Part shown: positions 1 to 10,206 of the stretch, piece after piece
How positions within the stretch are numbered: position 1 is the stretch's first letter
Layout of the letters: each line of letters begins with the position of its first letter
DNA from: a virus
Taxonomy: Duplodnaviria; Caudoviricetes
DNA length: 59,042 bases
IMG/VR virus record: IMGVR_UViG_3300030110_001528
Span: 1-59,042 of that record
Direction: 5' to 3' (one strand)
Translations under genes and position numbers: made by a program
Notes under the pieces: generated by a model
Database searches by the model: none
The model's input: only the letters and a program-made list of their open reading frames with translations
What the model was told of the DNA's origin: nothing

Positions 1-79
1 AACGTGTTTGCATCTGTGTTACTAGTCGCTCCTAGTACAATACCTTTTCCAGCAGTTGAGAAAAAGATGTCACCTGTTT
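1..79. repeat. Terminal direct repeat, left copy (circular assembly overlap)
   Basis: 1-79 is identical to 58964-59042, and a reading frame runs through the junction. Confidence 0.95.
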
Positions 80-3000
80 TTATATCAACATCACCATCAT
101 CTTTAATTCTCATTCTTTCTACAATTGAACCAGCTTCTGGTTTAGTTATAAATTGTAACTCCCCACCAGAATCATCCCCAGCGTTAGAATCGCTTGTTGT
201 TGCTATTCCTCGTATCCATGCAATCGTTTGTCCTTGTGCACCTGTACTACTGTCTGCTGAACCATTGTTAGTATTTATAAACCCAAGATGCCCTACCATA
301 TCTGCATCAGCGTTAGACCCTTTACCAAGAGCTAAATAACCACCATTACTCCCGCCTACAACAACTCCTTCTGTGTTTGATGCACCTAACATTGCAGTAC
401 TTGCTGTGTCTGTGGTAAGCACTCCAATACCACCACCAGAATTTATCCTCATTTTTTCTGCTAAAGTAGTACCACCATCAGCAGTAGTCCAAAACTCAAT
501 TCGTCCAGGCATATCGTTGCTTCCTGGAGTACCATCTACAGCACCACGAATTGAAGCTACAGGATGCGCTCTATCACTACCATCAGCACCTACAAAATTA
601 ATAATTCCGACATCATCCCCATCTTGAATAATCGTATCAGAATTTACAGAAGTTCCTCGGCTTTTACCTAAAACTAAATACCCACCAGCATCATCATTTG
701 CATTTCGCCAAACACTTAAAGAACCTGTGTCATACGTTGTACCCTCTACTTGAACTCGTGGTGAGATACCACCGATTGTTTCTGGTGTACTAAATCCTAC
801 TAAAACCTTACCAGCAGATGTTAATCTCATTTTTTCTGCAGCTGTTTCACTTGCACCAGTTTTAAATACAAGAGAGGTTGCATTTGAACTTGAACTGAAA
901 TCACCTTCTGATATTGCATCAATGCCAGCTGCAACTAATACTGCATCTGTACCTGCTCCCTCATCTGGTGCTTGGAAACTAATTGTGCCTAAAACATCAT
1001 CAGCAGCAATGTCATTGTCACCAGCTTGAAAGGTCAATGTAGGATATGTGTTGTCTGCTGTTCCAACCATTTTTAAAACAAGCCCACTATTATGAACATG
1101 ACGCAATTCTATTTCGCTATCAGCACCATAAAAAATAGAAGATCCATCTGTTAATAAATTAAGATCACCACCAGAAGTTAAACTCATCTTCGTAGCTGCT
1201 GCTTCACTGGCACCTGTCATAAAGTCTATTGACGTAGCATTAGCATCTGCTGCAAAATTACCTTCACTTCTTGCTTGGATGGCTGCTGATACTAATATCG
1301 CATCTGTCCCAGTTCCTTCATCTGGTGCTTGAAATGCTATTTTTCCTATTACATCATCTGCAGCTAAATCGGTCTCCCCTGTTTGCAATGTAAGTAAAAA
1401 TGGGTTATCGTCTGCTGTTGCTGTTGATTTTAATATTAATCCGTCATCAGGGTCATGGGTGATTGTTACATCTAAATCAGCACCAAAAGCTAAAATAGCA
1501 CCATCACTTTTTAATTGCACATCATGGTTAAATATTGCTGTTCCAGCATCGCTTCCATCTAGTGTAAGAAAAGTTGTATCAGAACTGCCATCAGTACCTT
1601 TAAATATAATGTCCGTATCATTGCCTTGTGCATCAATCGTAATATTACCAGACGATGTAGAAAGAGTAACAGCGGCATCACCAACCGTTAAATCATCAGA
1701 AGCCAAACCACTTACAGTAGCTGCTGCCCAAGAAACATCAGTACCATCAGATTTTAAAAATGTACCACTAGAACCAATAGCTAAAGCTGCTGGATCTCCA
1801 CTACTATCACCATAAATAATTTTACCTCTAGCCAACCCAGCCATTTTTGCTAATGTTACAGCATTGTCTTGTATGTCGGCTGTTTCAATAGTGTCATCTG
1901 GAAAAACGGGAACTTGTGCAAATGTAACAGCACCACCATCGGCTATCGTCATGGCATTGTCACCATCAGTATAATCAATCGTAGCTGTTTCAAGACTACC
2001 CGAATTGACAGTTAAACCAGTTGAATCAATTGTTACTCGTTTTGTATCATTTGCATAAAAATTAATTTGATTGGCTGTTTCAAAATCTATCTTTGTTTCG
2101 TCATCTTCTCCGATCTTAATATCCGTAGCAAGAAGAGAAGTAATGCCAGTTTGTGCTGCATCTACATTTAAAGTATTTGTAGATAAACTTATACCAGTTC
2201 CAGCAGTTAAGGCTGTTTTAGATACAGCAATAGCTGCACTAGATTTTATATCAGCGTTAACAATGTTTGTTATTGTGTTATTGTCAGAATCTATACTTTT
2301 GTTTGTTAAAGTATCTGTTGATAAACGAGATACTAATGTTGAGTTACCACCAGTAGGCAATGTTAAAACATCTGAAGCACTTGCAGAGTGTGGCTGTGCC
2401 TGTAGTGTCTGTGCGTGAGCATTACTAGATTCACAGTAAAACTTTAGCTTGGCAACTGATCCACTATCTGTTTTTAAGTCTATCTGACCACCTTCAACTG
2501 TAAGGTCATCTCCAACTGAAACATCCCCTGAGACAGTTACGTTCCCCTCATGGGTCAATCGCATCTTCTCAGATGCTGCTTCTGAAGCTCCTAATTTAAA
2601 TACCAAATCCGTATTATTAGCATCTGCTGCAAAAGTTGCATCTGCTTCAGCAACGATTGATGCAGACGTTAATATAGCATCCGTTCCACTAGCTTCATCA
2701 GGTGCAGAAAATTCTATTGCCCCCAATACACTTCCATCTGTAATAGTAGTGTCAGAAGATTGTAACTTTAGTATTGCACCATCGGAAGATTTTAAAGTGA
2801 CATCATCGGAAGCATCTAAAAACACTGCCTTGTCAGCAGGATATGTCATAAAGATTGTTCTTGTACCAGATGACCAGTTCACAGCATTGTTAGAATTAGA
2901 ACTAGCCAGAACAGTTGTTCGGGCAAGCGTTGTTCCAGAAGACGTAAAAGTTCCTAGTCCAACCTCAAAATCTGTATTGTCCGTACAAGCGTAATAAGTT

Positions 3001-3125
3001 GTGTCGCTGTTGCTTAAATTAGCCGTAAAAGTCTCAAAGCCAGTAACAGCACCAGCAAGCGTGTACGTTCCTGTACCTGTTGTGGTTGTGGTTTCCTTAA
3101 CTCTGTCTTTTATTGTTAAAGCCAT
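1..3125 (-). CDS. Long tail fibre protein, 5' part (continues across the junction to 58537; about 1183 aa in total)
   Basis: ATG at 3125 gives MALTIKDRVKETTTTTGTGTYTLAGAVTGFETF, a typical fibre N-terminus. It is absent from the ORF track, consistent with running off the end. It is in frame with 58965-58537 and has repeated ~75-aa modules. Confidence 0.85.
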   Translation of the reverse strand, partial: MALTIKDRVKETTTTTGTGTYTLAGAVTGFETFTANLSNSDTTYYACTDNTDFEVGLGTFTSSGTTLARTTVLASSNSNNAVNWSSGTRTIFMTYPADKAVFLDASDDVTLKSSDGAILKLQSSDTTITDGSVLGAIEFSAPDEASGTDAILTSASIVAEADATFAADANNTDLVFKLGASEAASEKMRLTHEGNVTVSGDVSVGDDLTVEGGQIDLKTDSGSVAKLKFYCESSNAHAQTLQAQPHSASASDVLTLPTGGNSTLVSRLSTDTLTNKSIDSDNNTITNIVNADIKSSAAIAVSKTALTAGTGISLSTNTLNVDAAQTGITSLLATDIKIGEDDETKIDFETANQINFYANDTKRVTIDSTGLTVNSGSLETATIDYTDGDNAMTIADGGAVTFAQVPVFPDDTIETADIQDNAVTLAKMAGLARGKIIYGDSSGDPAALAIGSSGTFLKSDGTDVSWAAATVSGLASDDLTVGDAAVTLSTSSGNITIDAQGNDTDIIFKGTDGSSDTTFLTLDGSDAGTAIFNHDVQLKSDGAILAFGADLDVTITHDPDDGLILKSTATADDNPFLLTLQTGETDLAADDVIGKIAFQAPDEGTGTDAILVSAAIQARSEGNFAADANATSIDFMTGASEAAATKMSLTSGGDLNLLTDGSSIFYGADSEIELRHVHNSGLVLKMVGTADNTYPTLTFQAGDNDIAADDVLGTISFQAPDEGAGTDAVLVAAGIDAISEGDFSSSSNATSLVFKTGASETAAEKMRLTSAGKVLVGFSTPETIGGISPRVQVEGTTYDTGSLSVWRNANDDAGGYLVLGKSRGTSVNSDTIIQDGDDVGIINFVGADGSDRAHPVASIRGAVDGTPGSNDMPGRIEFWTTADGGTTLAEKMRINSGGGIGVLTTDTASTAMLGASNTEGVVVGGSNGGYLALGKGSNADADMVGHLGFINTNNGSADSSTGAQGQTIAWIRGIATTSDSNAGDDSGGELQFITKPEAGSIVERMRIKDDGDVDIKTGDIFFSTAGKGIVLGATSNTDANT

Positions 3126-3571
3126 TACTTCAACTCAATACTCAAGTTTGTTGCGTTAATTCTAAATATATCATTCTGTGCTAATGTCTTACTTGCATCC
3201 AATTCTCCAACAAACAGTATGTTACCACTTGAACTTGCATCGGCTATAATCACATGAGTAATCGTTACATTGCCACTATCTGACTTTGCTGGAAACTCAA
3301 TTGCACTTGTGTTCTTGGCTGTCTGTGTATCTGTTGAGTCAGCACCTATTGTTGTCCAACTAGCTGCGGCAACTTGCTGTCTTGCATAAGCACCAAAACT
3401 TGCTTCTGTTACTGAACCTGTTTCAGCGGCAGATACGGCTGTTGCTAGTCCTACATAAATACTGTCACCAGGACTTGCAAAAGTAACGCCTCCTATAGCT
3501 GCATTGTTTTTAAATAAAAAGTTTAACAACCTTCTTTCTAAATAATTGGTTGCTGCATTTGAAGTTGCCAT
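3125..3571 (-). CDS. Virion/tail structural protein
   Basis: 148 aa with YVGLATA...YARQ...IEFP...DASSSGNILF, a pattern common upstream of fibre genes. Confidence 0.65.
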   Translation of the reverse strand: MATSNAATNYLERRLLNFLFKNNAAIGGVTFASPGDSIYVGLATAVSAAETGSVTEASFGAYARQQVAAASWTTIGADSTDTQTAKNTSAIEFPAKSDSGNVTITHVIIADASSSGNILFVGELDASKTLAQNDIFRINATNLSIELK

Positions 3572-3581
3572 ATTTTATCTC

Positions 3582-4436
3582 CTATGTTCTTTGTCTTCTA
3601 GGTAGCCCTTGCCTATAAGCATCAGCGTTTTCTCTGGATTCAGCAAAATCTTTTAATCGGCTTACTTCTTCCATAAATCTATCACTATACATTTTTATCA
3701 CATCTGGTTCACCTTTCATAAATATATACGCTTCTACAAGCGATCCGTAAAGCATAGCGTTAATAGAGTTTTTACTTAACCAAGTTGTTGTTGTATCACT
3801 TGATATAGCTGAAATAGCTGAACTGTGAGAAGTTGTACCACCTGTAACTGTTTCTCCAACAGTAAAATCTGTTGTTGGAACTATTATTGTAAGTTTATTT
3901 GTACTATCATCTTTACTGCTAATTGTAGCCGTTGCACCACTAGCAGCACCAGTAATTGTTTCATTAACGGCAAAGCTACTTGTTTGTCCAACAGTCAGAA
4001 CAATTGTACTATCTGCCAAACTAGTTGGTTTGTAATAGTAATGTAATTCACAAGTGTAATTACTATTTGGTGTAGGAGCTAATATAAAGTTATCAACATC
4101 AAATCTTGCATAATATTTGGGAACACCTGTAGTTGCAGGATTAGGATTATACTCTTGTACAAAGTTAACATCTTTTTCTAATAAAAATTGAACATTACTA
4201 GAATTAGTTATTGACAAACTAAATGGAGAAAAAAAGTCTGTCGGTACAGATAAAAATTTATCAGAAGAACTTGTTGCACTTGTTACATTTTTACGAAATA
4301 CTTCAAAATCAATCATTTTAAAAAGACGATTTTCTGTAGATCTAATAAAATTTCTTAAATTATTTTTAAAAGTTGTTTCAGAATTTTCTGTATAATCTTG
4401 AATAGCTGTTTTTAATGTTGTTAATGTATAACTCAT
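3582..4436 (-). CDS. Tail tubular/adaptor-like protein with a beta-rich insertion
   Basis: 284 aa with GVPKYYA, LAPTP..Y..ELHYYY and LYGSLVEAY motifs. Confidence 0.65.
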   Translation of the reverse strand: MSYTLTTLKTAIQDYTENSETTFKNNLRNFIRSTENRLFKMIDFEVFRKNVTSATSSSDKFLSVPTDFFSPFSLSITNSSNVQFLLEKDVNFVQEYNPNPATTGVPKYYARFDVDNFILAPTPNSNYTCELHYYYKPTSLADSTIVLTVGQTSSFAVNETITGAASGATATISSKDDSTNKLTIIVPTTDFTVGETVTGGTTSHSSAISAISSDTTTTWLSKNSINAMLYGSLVEAYIFMKGEPDVIKMYSDRFMEEVSRLKDFAESRENADAYRQGLPRRQRT

Positions 4437-4946
4437 TTAATTCTCCAATGTTACAGGACCAGCCGAAGCTATTTTACCGCCACCTTTTATCGAACCTGTT
4501 GTAGCTGTCGCAGAAACACTAACTGTATAATTGTCTGTATCAACAACACTTGCTATGGCATAACCTATTGCTAGTTCCATTACAGAAGAAGATATACCAT
4601 CAAAAGGAGCCACATCTCTAAAACGAACTTGGCTAGAAACGGTTCTTCCATGTGAATGTTCTTGAACTGTAATTGTAGTAGAGCTTTGTCCTGATGTTCC
4701 TGTTGTAAAAGGATTAACTCTTAACAATACAGATACTACAGGTTCTGATCTTGAAGGTCTTGAATTACGCAATGATTCGAGATCAGCTTTTTTACGAGTA
4801 GGGTCAAGTTGCGGGTGCTTTACTTCAAATTCATCTTTGCCAACCATAAATCCTGTCCACTCTTTACGCATATCTCCTAAACGATAACGAAATCCAGAAC
4901 GATCTGAAATTCCCCATGCGTTTTTCGGGTTTGCAAATTTTGACAT
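4437..4946 (-). CDS. Virion structural protein
   Basis: 169 aa; SDRSGFRY N-terminus and a beta-rich C-terminal module; structural operon context. Confidence 0.55.
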   Translation of the reverse strand: MSKFANPKNAWGISDRSGFRYRLGDMRKEWTGFMVGKDEFEVKHPQLDPTRKKADLESLRNSRPSRSEPVVSVLLRVNPFTTGTSGQSSTTITVQEHSHGRTVSSQVRFRDVAPFDGISSSVMELAIGYAIASVVDTDNYTVSVSATATTGSIKGGGKIASAGPVTLEN

Positions 4947-5614
4947 TAACCTACCTTATAGTAATCCATACTAGGAGTTATATTAAAAGATGATCTATCT
5001 CTATCTTCTGCCATAGCACGATCAAATTCTTCTTCATAAATATTTTTTAATAATTGTATACGATCTGGAGCACGTTTTAAAGATATATAATATGCTAAAC
5101 CTGCTGTTAAACATGGGTAAAAACGAAAAGGTACTTCTACAGTGTTTGTATGAGCATCAGCATCATTCATACGTGTCAAAGCGTCATAATAAAGAACGTC
5201 TGTGGAATTTTCTGGTGCGGGCCATATTTTAAGATTAGGAGTTATTTGTCTATCTAAAAAATATTGCGTGGGTCTTCCTGTCGTTGCTTTGTTAGGAATA
5301 GTTAAATAATCATCACGACTTATTCTTGTTACACTGTAATCTGTACTGCTTCTTCTAAGAACAACAGACAATATATCAATAACATCTGTTCCAAGAGAAT
5401 ATTCTGTATCATCAGCTGCTAATGCTTGAGTTCTTTGAACAATTGTCCATTGATTTAAACCACGATTAGCCCATTCAGCTAACATTAAATTAAGTGATCT
5501 TTTAGCAGTTTTTAAATCATAACCTGTACGAATTTCTAATCCACATCGTTCAAATGCTTCTTCTATATAGTCATCTACAGCAGGTTCAAAATCAGTCGAT
5601 CCAGATAAAGCCAT
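4946..5614 (-). CDS. Head-tail adaptor / tail tubular A-like protein
   Basis: 222 aa with IEEAFERCG, RSLNLMLAEWANRG, GRPTQY and CLTAGLAYY. Confidence 0.7.
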   Translation of the reverse strand: MALSGSTDFEPAVDDYIEEAFERCGLEIRTGYDLKTAKRSLNLMLAEWANRGLNQWTIVQRTQALAADDTEYSLGTDVIDILSVVLRRSSTDYSVTRISRDDYLTIPNKATTGRPTQYFLDRQITPNLKIWPAPENSTDVLYYDALTRMNDADAHTNTVEVPFRFYPCLTAGLAYYISLKRAPDRIQLLKNIYEEEFDRAMAEDRDRSSFNITPSMDYYKVG

Positions 5615-5621
5615 TTTTACC

Positions 5622-5807
5622 TCATATAATTTGCGTAATAAGAATTAAAACCAAAGAACATAGTTGAGCGATAGCTAAGATAACTATCGCCCATATTTTT
5701 TGGCTTAAAGATTTAATATCTTCCTTTAAATGAACAAGGTGATTATTTTCTATAGTATCTAATCGTTGATTAATTACTTTTATATCACCTTGTATTTTGG
5801 AAGACAT
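5622..5807 (-). CDS. Small coiled-coil plus TM protein
   Basis: 61 aa; IENNHL followed by a hydrophobic C-terminus. Confidence 0.55.
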   Translation of the reverse strand: MSSKIQGDIKVINQRLDTIENNHLVHLKEDIKSLSQKIWAIVILAIAQLCSLVLILITQII

Positions 5808-6208
5808 TAGTACCCTTTTCTTACTTGCATGATAATTGTATAAGTATCAGCACTTGAATGTCCAACGGTAGTAAACTTTATATCACCTGTTTTACCACCT
5901 CCAGAATTGTTCGGAATACCGCCAAAAGGAGTATAATCGTGATAACCAGATTGATTTTCTCCTAGTTGTATTGCTAAAATATCTGTTGAAGCATCAAACA
6001 AAATACTTACTTTCATGCCTGTACACTGCCACCATATTTTTTCAATGGTTGCATCAGTACAAGCTCGTCCACTTGCATCGGATGCTAAAGCACTAACATC
6101 AACTTTTGCAACAGCACTTTCTCCACTGCCATCACTAATGTTTGTAAACTTTAAAACAGCCGTTTTTAAGCCATCTTGTATAGTTTGACTTGCTACTGCA
6201 TCAGCCAT
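5807..6208 (-). CDS. Probable virion protein
   Basis: 133 aa, strong AGGAGG RBS, structural operon. Confidence 0.6.
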   Translation of the reverse strand: MADAVASQTIQDGLKTAVLKFTNISDGSGESAVAKVDVSALASDASGRACTDATIEKIWWQCTGMKVSILFDASTDILAIQLGENQSGYHDYTPFGGIPNNSGGGKTGDIKFTTVGHSSADTYTIIMQVRKGY

Positions 6209-6226
6209 TTAATCCTCCTAAAAATG

Positions 6227-6249
6227 TAGGGGGGGAATTTCACCCCCAT
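6227..6249 (-). terminator. GC hairpin (possible terminator or processing site)
   Basis: GGGGG...CCCCC stem in the intergenic gap. Confidence 0.4.
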
Positions 6250-6255
6250 TTATAA

Positions 6256-7134
6256 TTACTCGTTAATTATTCTACTCATTTTTACATAATGACAATGAAT
6301 TGCTTCTGCAGCTCCTGCACCAGCTTCAATCCCAATGTAAGGAATTAAATCAATATCATCAGTCATTGCAGCTGATTTAGTTGTTCCAGTAGTAACCGCA
6401 GTTCCACCTGTGCTTCCAGATGTGCTTGTTACGTTGTACTGAACACCATTTACAAAAATAGACATTTGTCTTGAACTATCAAACTCTATTTTTAAATGAT
6501 AAATTGTAGAAGCAGCTACAGTTATTGGTAAAACACTAATATGATCAGTGCCACCAATACTATGAATAAAATGCAGTTTTGTAAAATCATCAAACGCTTC
6601 AGAGTTTGTAGCATCTGTTTGAAACTTAAAGTATGCTTGGTTAGCATCTGTCGCTACTAACTGGTCATTCGTAAGTTTTAAACCAGCCCAAGACTTTTGG
6701 TTGTCAATTGCAGGTAATGCTATTGATGTTTCCCAATGAACTTGGTTTTCAGTGCCCCATAAACATCCAGCCCATGCTGTTGCAGCAGTATCTAAATGTG
6801 GAGTAAGTATTGCTTGGTCTTCGTCTGCACCTGCTGTAGTTGCCACAATTCCTGCTGATGTTGTATTAAATGTACATAACGCTGTAGTCATATTAGTTCC
6901 AAGTGCTTCCCAGTTTCTGTTCAAAGCTCTTTGAACTTCAACTGTAGATACTTGGTCAATATTTGCATTTAAACCTGGTCTTTGTAAAAACCATTCGTCT
7001 AAATAAAAACGTCTTGTATCTTGTGGGTAATCTCCAAGAGTTCTATCTGATACTAAACCAGTAGTAGAATCTTTACTGATTAGTTTCATCCCATTTTGTG
7101 ACCGTATTGGTCCTGAAAAAGTTGAGTTAGCCAT
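6256..7134 (-). CDS. Probable head decoration/fibre protein
   Basis: 292 aa; MANSTFSGPIRS start typical of the gene after the capsid gene; beta-rich. Confidence 0.55.
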   Translation of the reverse strand: MANSTFSGPIRSQNGMKLISKDSTTGLVSDRTLGDYPQDTRRFYLDEWFLQRPGLNANIDQVSTVEVQRALNRNWEALGTNMTTALCTFNTTSAGIVATTAGADEDQAILTPHLDTAATAWAGCLWGTENQVHWETSIALPAIDNQKSWAGLKLTNDQLVATDANQAYFKFQTDATNSEAFDDFTKLHFIHSIGGTDHISVLPITVAASTIYHLKIEFDSSRQMSIFVNGVQYNVTSTSGSTGGTAVTTGTTKSAAMTDDIDLIPYIGIEAGAGAAEAIHCHYVKMSRIINE

Positions 7135-7196
7135 GTCAATCTCCTTGTCTTGGCAAATGTCTACTTAATTGTAGTCAAGGTTTTTTTTACTATATA

Positions 7197-7228
7197 ATAA
7201 AAAAAGGCGACTTGTAAAGTCGCCCTTT
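7197..7228 (-). terminator. Rho-independent terminator after the capsid gene
   Basis: Minus strand GGCGACTT-TAC-AAGTCGCC followed by a T run. Confidence 0.75.
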
Positions 7229-7249
7229 AACATTTGTTCGGTTTATTAT

Positions 7250-8158
7250 TTAAGCACCCGGTGAACCAAAAACACAGCGAGGGTCAGAATATCCAAAAGA
7301 ATATCTTTCTCTTGCTTTAAATCTCATGTTACCAGTGTCAAAATCATCTTCCATCTGAGTCTTTAAAGGAGTTCTTTCAAAGTGTAAGAAACCTCTTGGA
7401 GCATCAGTTTTGATAAAAAACGCATCTGTATCAGTTAAAAAATGGTTTACAACGTAGCCATTTGGCAACATACCCATATTTTTCATTGCATTAATATCAT
7501 TGTCAGAAGTACCAGGTCTTAAAGTAGACTCTAATAAACGATCTGCAACAAATTGTAGTTGAGGCGGAATAATTAATTTCATGCCACGAAGAGCAATAAT
7601 CATATTTCTCTCATCAACAAATGTTGAAATGTCAATTAAAGCGTTCTCTAATGATGTTTCATTCAAATCAGCCGCAGTTGAAGGCTCATTTGCAAATGTT
7701 CCACCACCACCCAGAGGATGATCAGTAGCACAAAGCTCCTTACCATCACCACCAGTGAAAGAGCTACTAAACGCATTGTTTAGTGTAGCAGCAGCTTTAA
7801 CTTGTTTGCTGTGAGCCATAGAACGAGCTAATGCTCTTGTATATCTTGCACCTAATCTATCGTACAAGTTATCTTCCATAGCCTCTTGCGTTAAAGCAAA
7901 TGCTAATGCAATAGTTTCGTGAGTGTAACGAGCAGTATAAACTTCGTTAGCACTATCAAAACTTACTCCAGCACCTTCCGACTTAGTTGGGGCGTTGCCA
8001 AATCCTGACAACATTACTTCTTCCTCAAATGCACGATCAGAATTTTCCTTATCGTATATTTCAGTATGCTCTGCATCGTATCGGTCATATTCCATGCCGA
8101 ATAACGCATTTAAACCTGGCTCTAATTCTTTTGCCAGTTGTGCTCTACTTATAGCCAT
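7250..8158 (-). CDS. Major capsid protein
   Basis: 302 aa, MAISRAQLAKELEPGLNALFG...RFKARERYSFG; follows the scaffold gene. Confidence 0.9.
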   Translation of the reverse strand: MAISRAQLAKELEPGLNALFGMEYDRYDAEHTEIYDKENSDRAFEEEVMLSGFGNAPTKSEGAGVSFDSANEVYTARYTHETIALAFALTQEAMEDNLYDRLGARYTRALARSMAHSKQVKAAATLNNAFSSSFTGGDGKELCATDHPLGGGGTFANEPSTAADLNETSLENALIDISTFVDERNMIIALRGMKLIIPPQLQFVADRLLESTLRPGTSDNDINAMKNMGMLPNGYVVNHFLTDTDAFFIKTDAPRGFLHFERTPLKTQMEDDFDTGNMRFKARERYSFGYSDPRCVFGSPGA

Positions 8159-8171
8159 CTATCTATCTCCT

Positions 8172-8756
8172 TTAAGCTAACCCGGCACCTTTGACACCGA
8201 ATACATGATTACAAATTACAACATGCACGTTAGTATGTGCAGTTGCGACATCTGAGTTTTCAGGGTCTTGAGAAATGTCTATAGCCTTTAAAGGTAAAGT
8301 TGTTCCTGTACCTCCATCAGTGACTTGTAACTCAGCTCCAGAAATTCCAGTAGTAGTGCTACCAGAAGATGTATAGACAATATCAAAGTTACCCAAAAGG
8401 TCTGCTACTGGGAAAGCAATTGCAGCTTGAATTTCAAAAATAACCATAGGGTCATCAATGATAAAAGCAATTATATCTGCTGCAGCAGTACTTGCTGGAT
8501 AGTAGTTACTATAAACTTGCTCTCCAGATGTTGGGTCAGTATATTGACATCCATTAAATACACCAACAATAGGTACAGTTCCACCATCTGCGTGGACTTC
8601 TATGCCCCCACCAGTGACTTGCATTACCATGTCACCTTGAAATATAGCTGTATCATAATTGTTAGCAATTCTATATCGGCTTTGTCCTCCAGTGTAAGGT
8701 GTTCCACCTATTCTACCTACAGGACGCATTCCAAAAGCGGCATCTTTATTTGCCAT
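8172..8756 (-). CDS. Capsid cement/decoration-like protein
   Basis: 194 aa immediately upstream of the capsid gene; AIFQGD, VGVFNGC and DDP motifs. Confidence 0.6.
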   Translation of the reverse strand: MANKDAAFGMRPVGRIGGTPYTGGQSRYRIANNYDTAIFQGDMVMQVTGGGIEVHADGGTVPIVGVFNGCQYTDPTSGEQVYSNYYPASTAAADIIAFIIDDPMVIFEIQAAIAFPVADLLGNFDIVYTSSGSTTTGISGAELQVTDGGTGTTLPLKAIDISQDPENSDVATAHTNVHVVICNHVFGVKGAGLA

Positions 8757-8770
8757 TTTCTTTCTCCTTA

Positions 8771-9241
8771 TTATTCATTAAAATTGCGATTTTTCCCAAA
8801 AGAAACATTAGAATTTCTTTGAGGTTTTAATTTTGGCATATTAGGATTATTTTCCCTCATCCAATCACTATCCACCGCATCCATTTGTGCCTGTGTTTTA
8901 TTTCTAAAATATTTGTCACGCTGTTCAACAATTTCTTCTGGAACTCTCGCTAACAACAATCCACCAGTGCCGATAACACCAGCGTTTTTGCCTTCATCAA
9001 TAACAGGAGCATCAAAATCTGGGTACTCTTCTGCTTTAACAAGTTCATAACCTTCTCGCCTTCTTTTAAAGACGTTATTACGATCATCATATTCCATGAC
9101 GGATTCACGTATCCACCTATGTTTGTATCCTACAGGTGCTTCAGGTGCATCTAAAGCTGACGGTGGTTTCCATTCGGCTTTTCGCTCTGTTTTTTCACGA
9201 GATTGCGAATCTCGACTTTTGCGATCTAAATTATCAACCAT
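8771..9241 (-). CDS. Conserved head-module protein
   Basis: 156 aa with WKPPSALDAP...HRWIR...REGYE. Confidence 0.6.
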   Translation of the reverse strand: MVDNLDRKSRDSQSREKTERKAEWKPPSALDAPEAPVGYKHRWIRESVMEYDDRNNVFKRRREGYELVKAEEYPDFDAPVIDEGKNAGVIGTGGLLLARVPEEIVEQRDKYFRNKTQAQMDAVDSDWMRENNPNMPKLKPQRNSNVSFGKNRNFNE

Positions 9242-10188
9242 TAGCTTTGTCTCCCTGCTTCTAGTTTAGCAACTTCTTTTGCATAACGCTCAAGAGGAAT
9301 ATTCATCTTTTTTGCAAATGCAACTTGGCCCGGTGACAATTCCACCGTCTTTTTTCGCCCAGATTTTACAGACCGTCCATTAGACGTTGCAGGAGCAACA
9401 GTTTGGGCGTTTTGCCGTTTCTCCTGAAATTTGTTTGGAAAACTTTCTTTCATTCTTTTATCTATTTCAGCATAGTAATCATCTGAAGTAGGATCAAAAC
9501 CTTCTGAACCAACAAGTTGTTGATGCAATCCTTGAGCAGCACCTGTCATAACCATATCTGTACCAAACCAATTATTAGACTTCATCCATGTTTGTAACTT
9601 AGGATCAAGGTCTTCTACTTTTGGTGGTTGTTGTGGTTGTTGTTGAGCCTGTTGTTGAGCCTGTTGTTCTTGTTGCTGTTGTTGAGCTACATTTTGTTCA
9701 GAACGAGCCTTCTGAATACGAAGCCTTTCTTTTTCAATAGCTAATTTAGCAAGAACATCTTGTGCTTCTGCCATTTTTTCAGAATCACCAGAATCATAAG
9801 CTTCTTTAAAAAGTCTTTTAGCTTGATCATTTTGACTTTCAACACGAGTTCCATATTCATTAATGTAACCTTGGTCTAAATCATTAAGACGTTTTTTTAA
9901 ATTTTCATTTTCTGACTTTTGCTGTTGTGCATATTGTAAAGCAGCTTGAGCTTCTTCTAAAGCTTGTTTTCTTTTTGCTGTTAACTGATTAATTCTTTTT
10001 TTAACATTGTCAGAATAATCTGTTAATTCATCTTCTTGTGCTGAAACTTCTTTTTCCTGAACATTTGTTCGGGTTTCTTCTTTTTCAACAACTGGTATTT
10101 CAGTAGTTTGTTCGGTAGAATTTTCTTCTTCTACTTCAAAAGAAACAGCTTCATTATCTTCTACAGCATTTTGTGTCTCAATATTCAT
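9241..10188 (-). CDS. Capsid scaffolding protein
   Basis: 315 aa acidic coiled coil; W..NNWFG; LSPGQVAFAKKMNIPLERYAK C-terminus. Confidence 0.75.
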   Translation of the reverse strand: MNIETQNAVEDNEAVSFEVEEENSTEQTTEIPVVEKEETRTNVQEKEVSAQEDELTDYSDNVKKRINQLTAKRKQALEEAQAALQYAQQQKSENENLKKRLNDLDQGYINEYGTRVESQNDQAKRLFKEAYDSGDSEKMAEAQDVLAKLAIEKERLRIQKARSEQNVAQQQQQEQQAQQQAQQQPQQPPKVEDLDPKLQTWMKSNNWFGTDMVMTGAAQGLHQQLVGSEGFDPTSDDYYAEIDKRMKESFPNKFQEKRQNAQTVAPATSNGRSVKSGRKKTVELSPGQVAFAKKMNIPLERYAKEVAKLEAGRQS

Positions 10189-10206
10189 ATCTTTTCTCCA
10201 ATCTCT

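Noticed and set aside
1-79. Biological terminal repeat
   Set aside because: It falls inside a continuous tail fibre frame, and its length is typical of an assembler k-mer overlap.
4-2994. Plus-strand ORFs here and similar ones throughout the window
   Set aside because: Antisense shadows of minus-strand genes, with no motifs or RBS.
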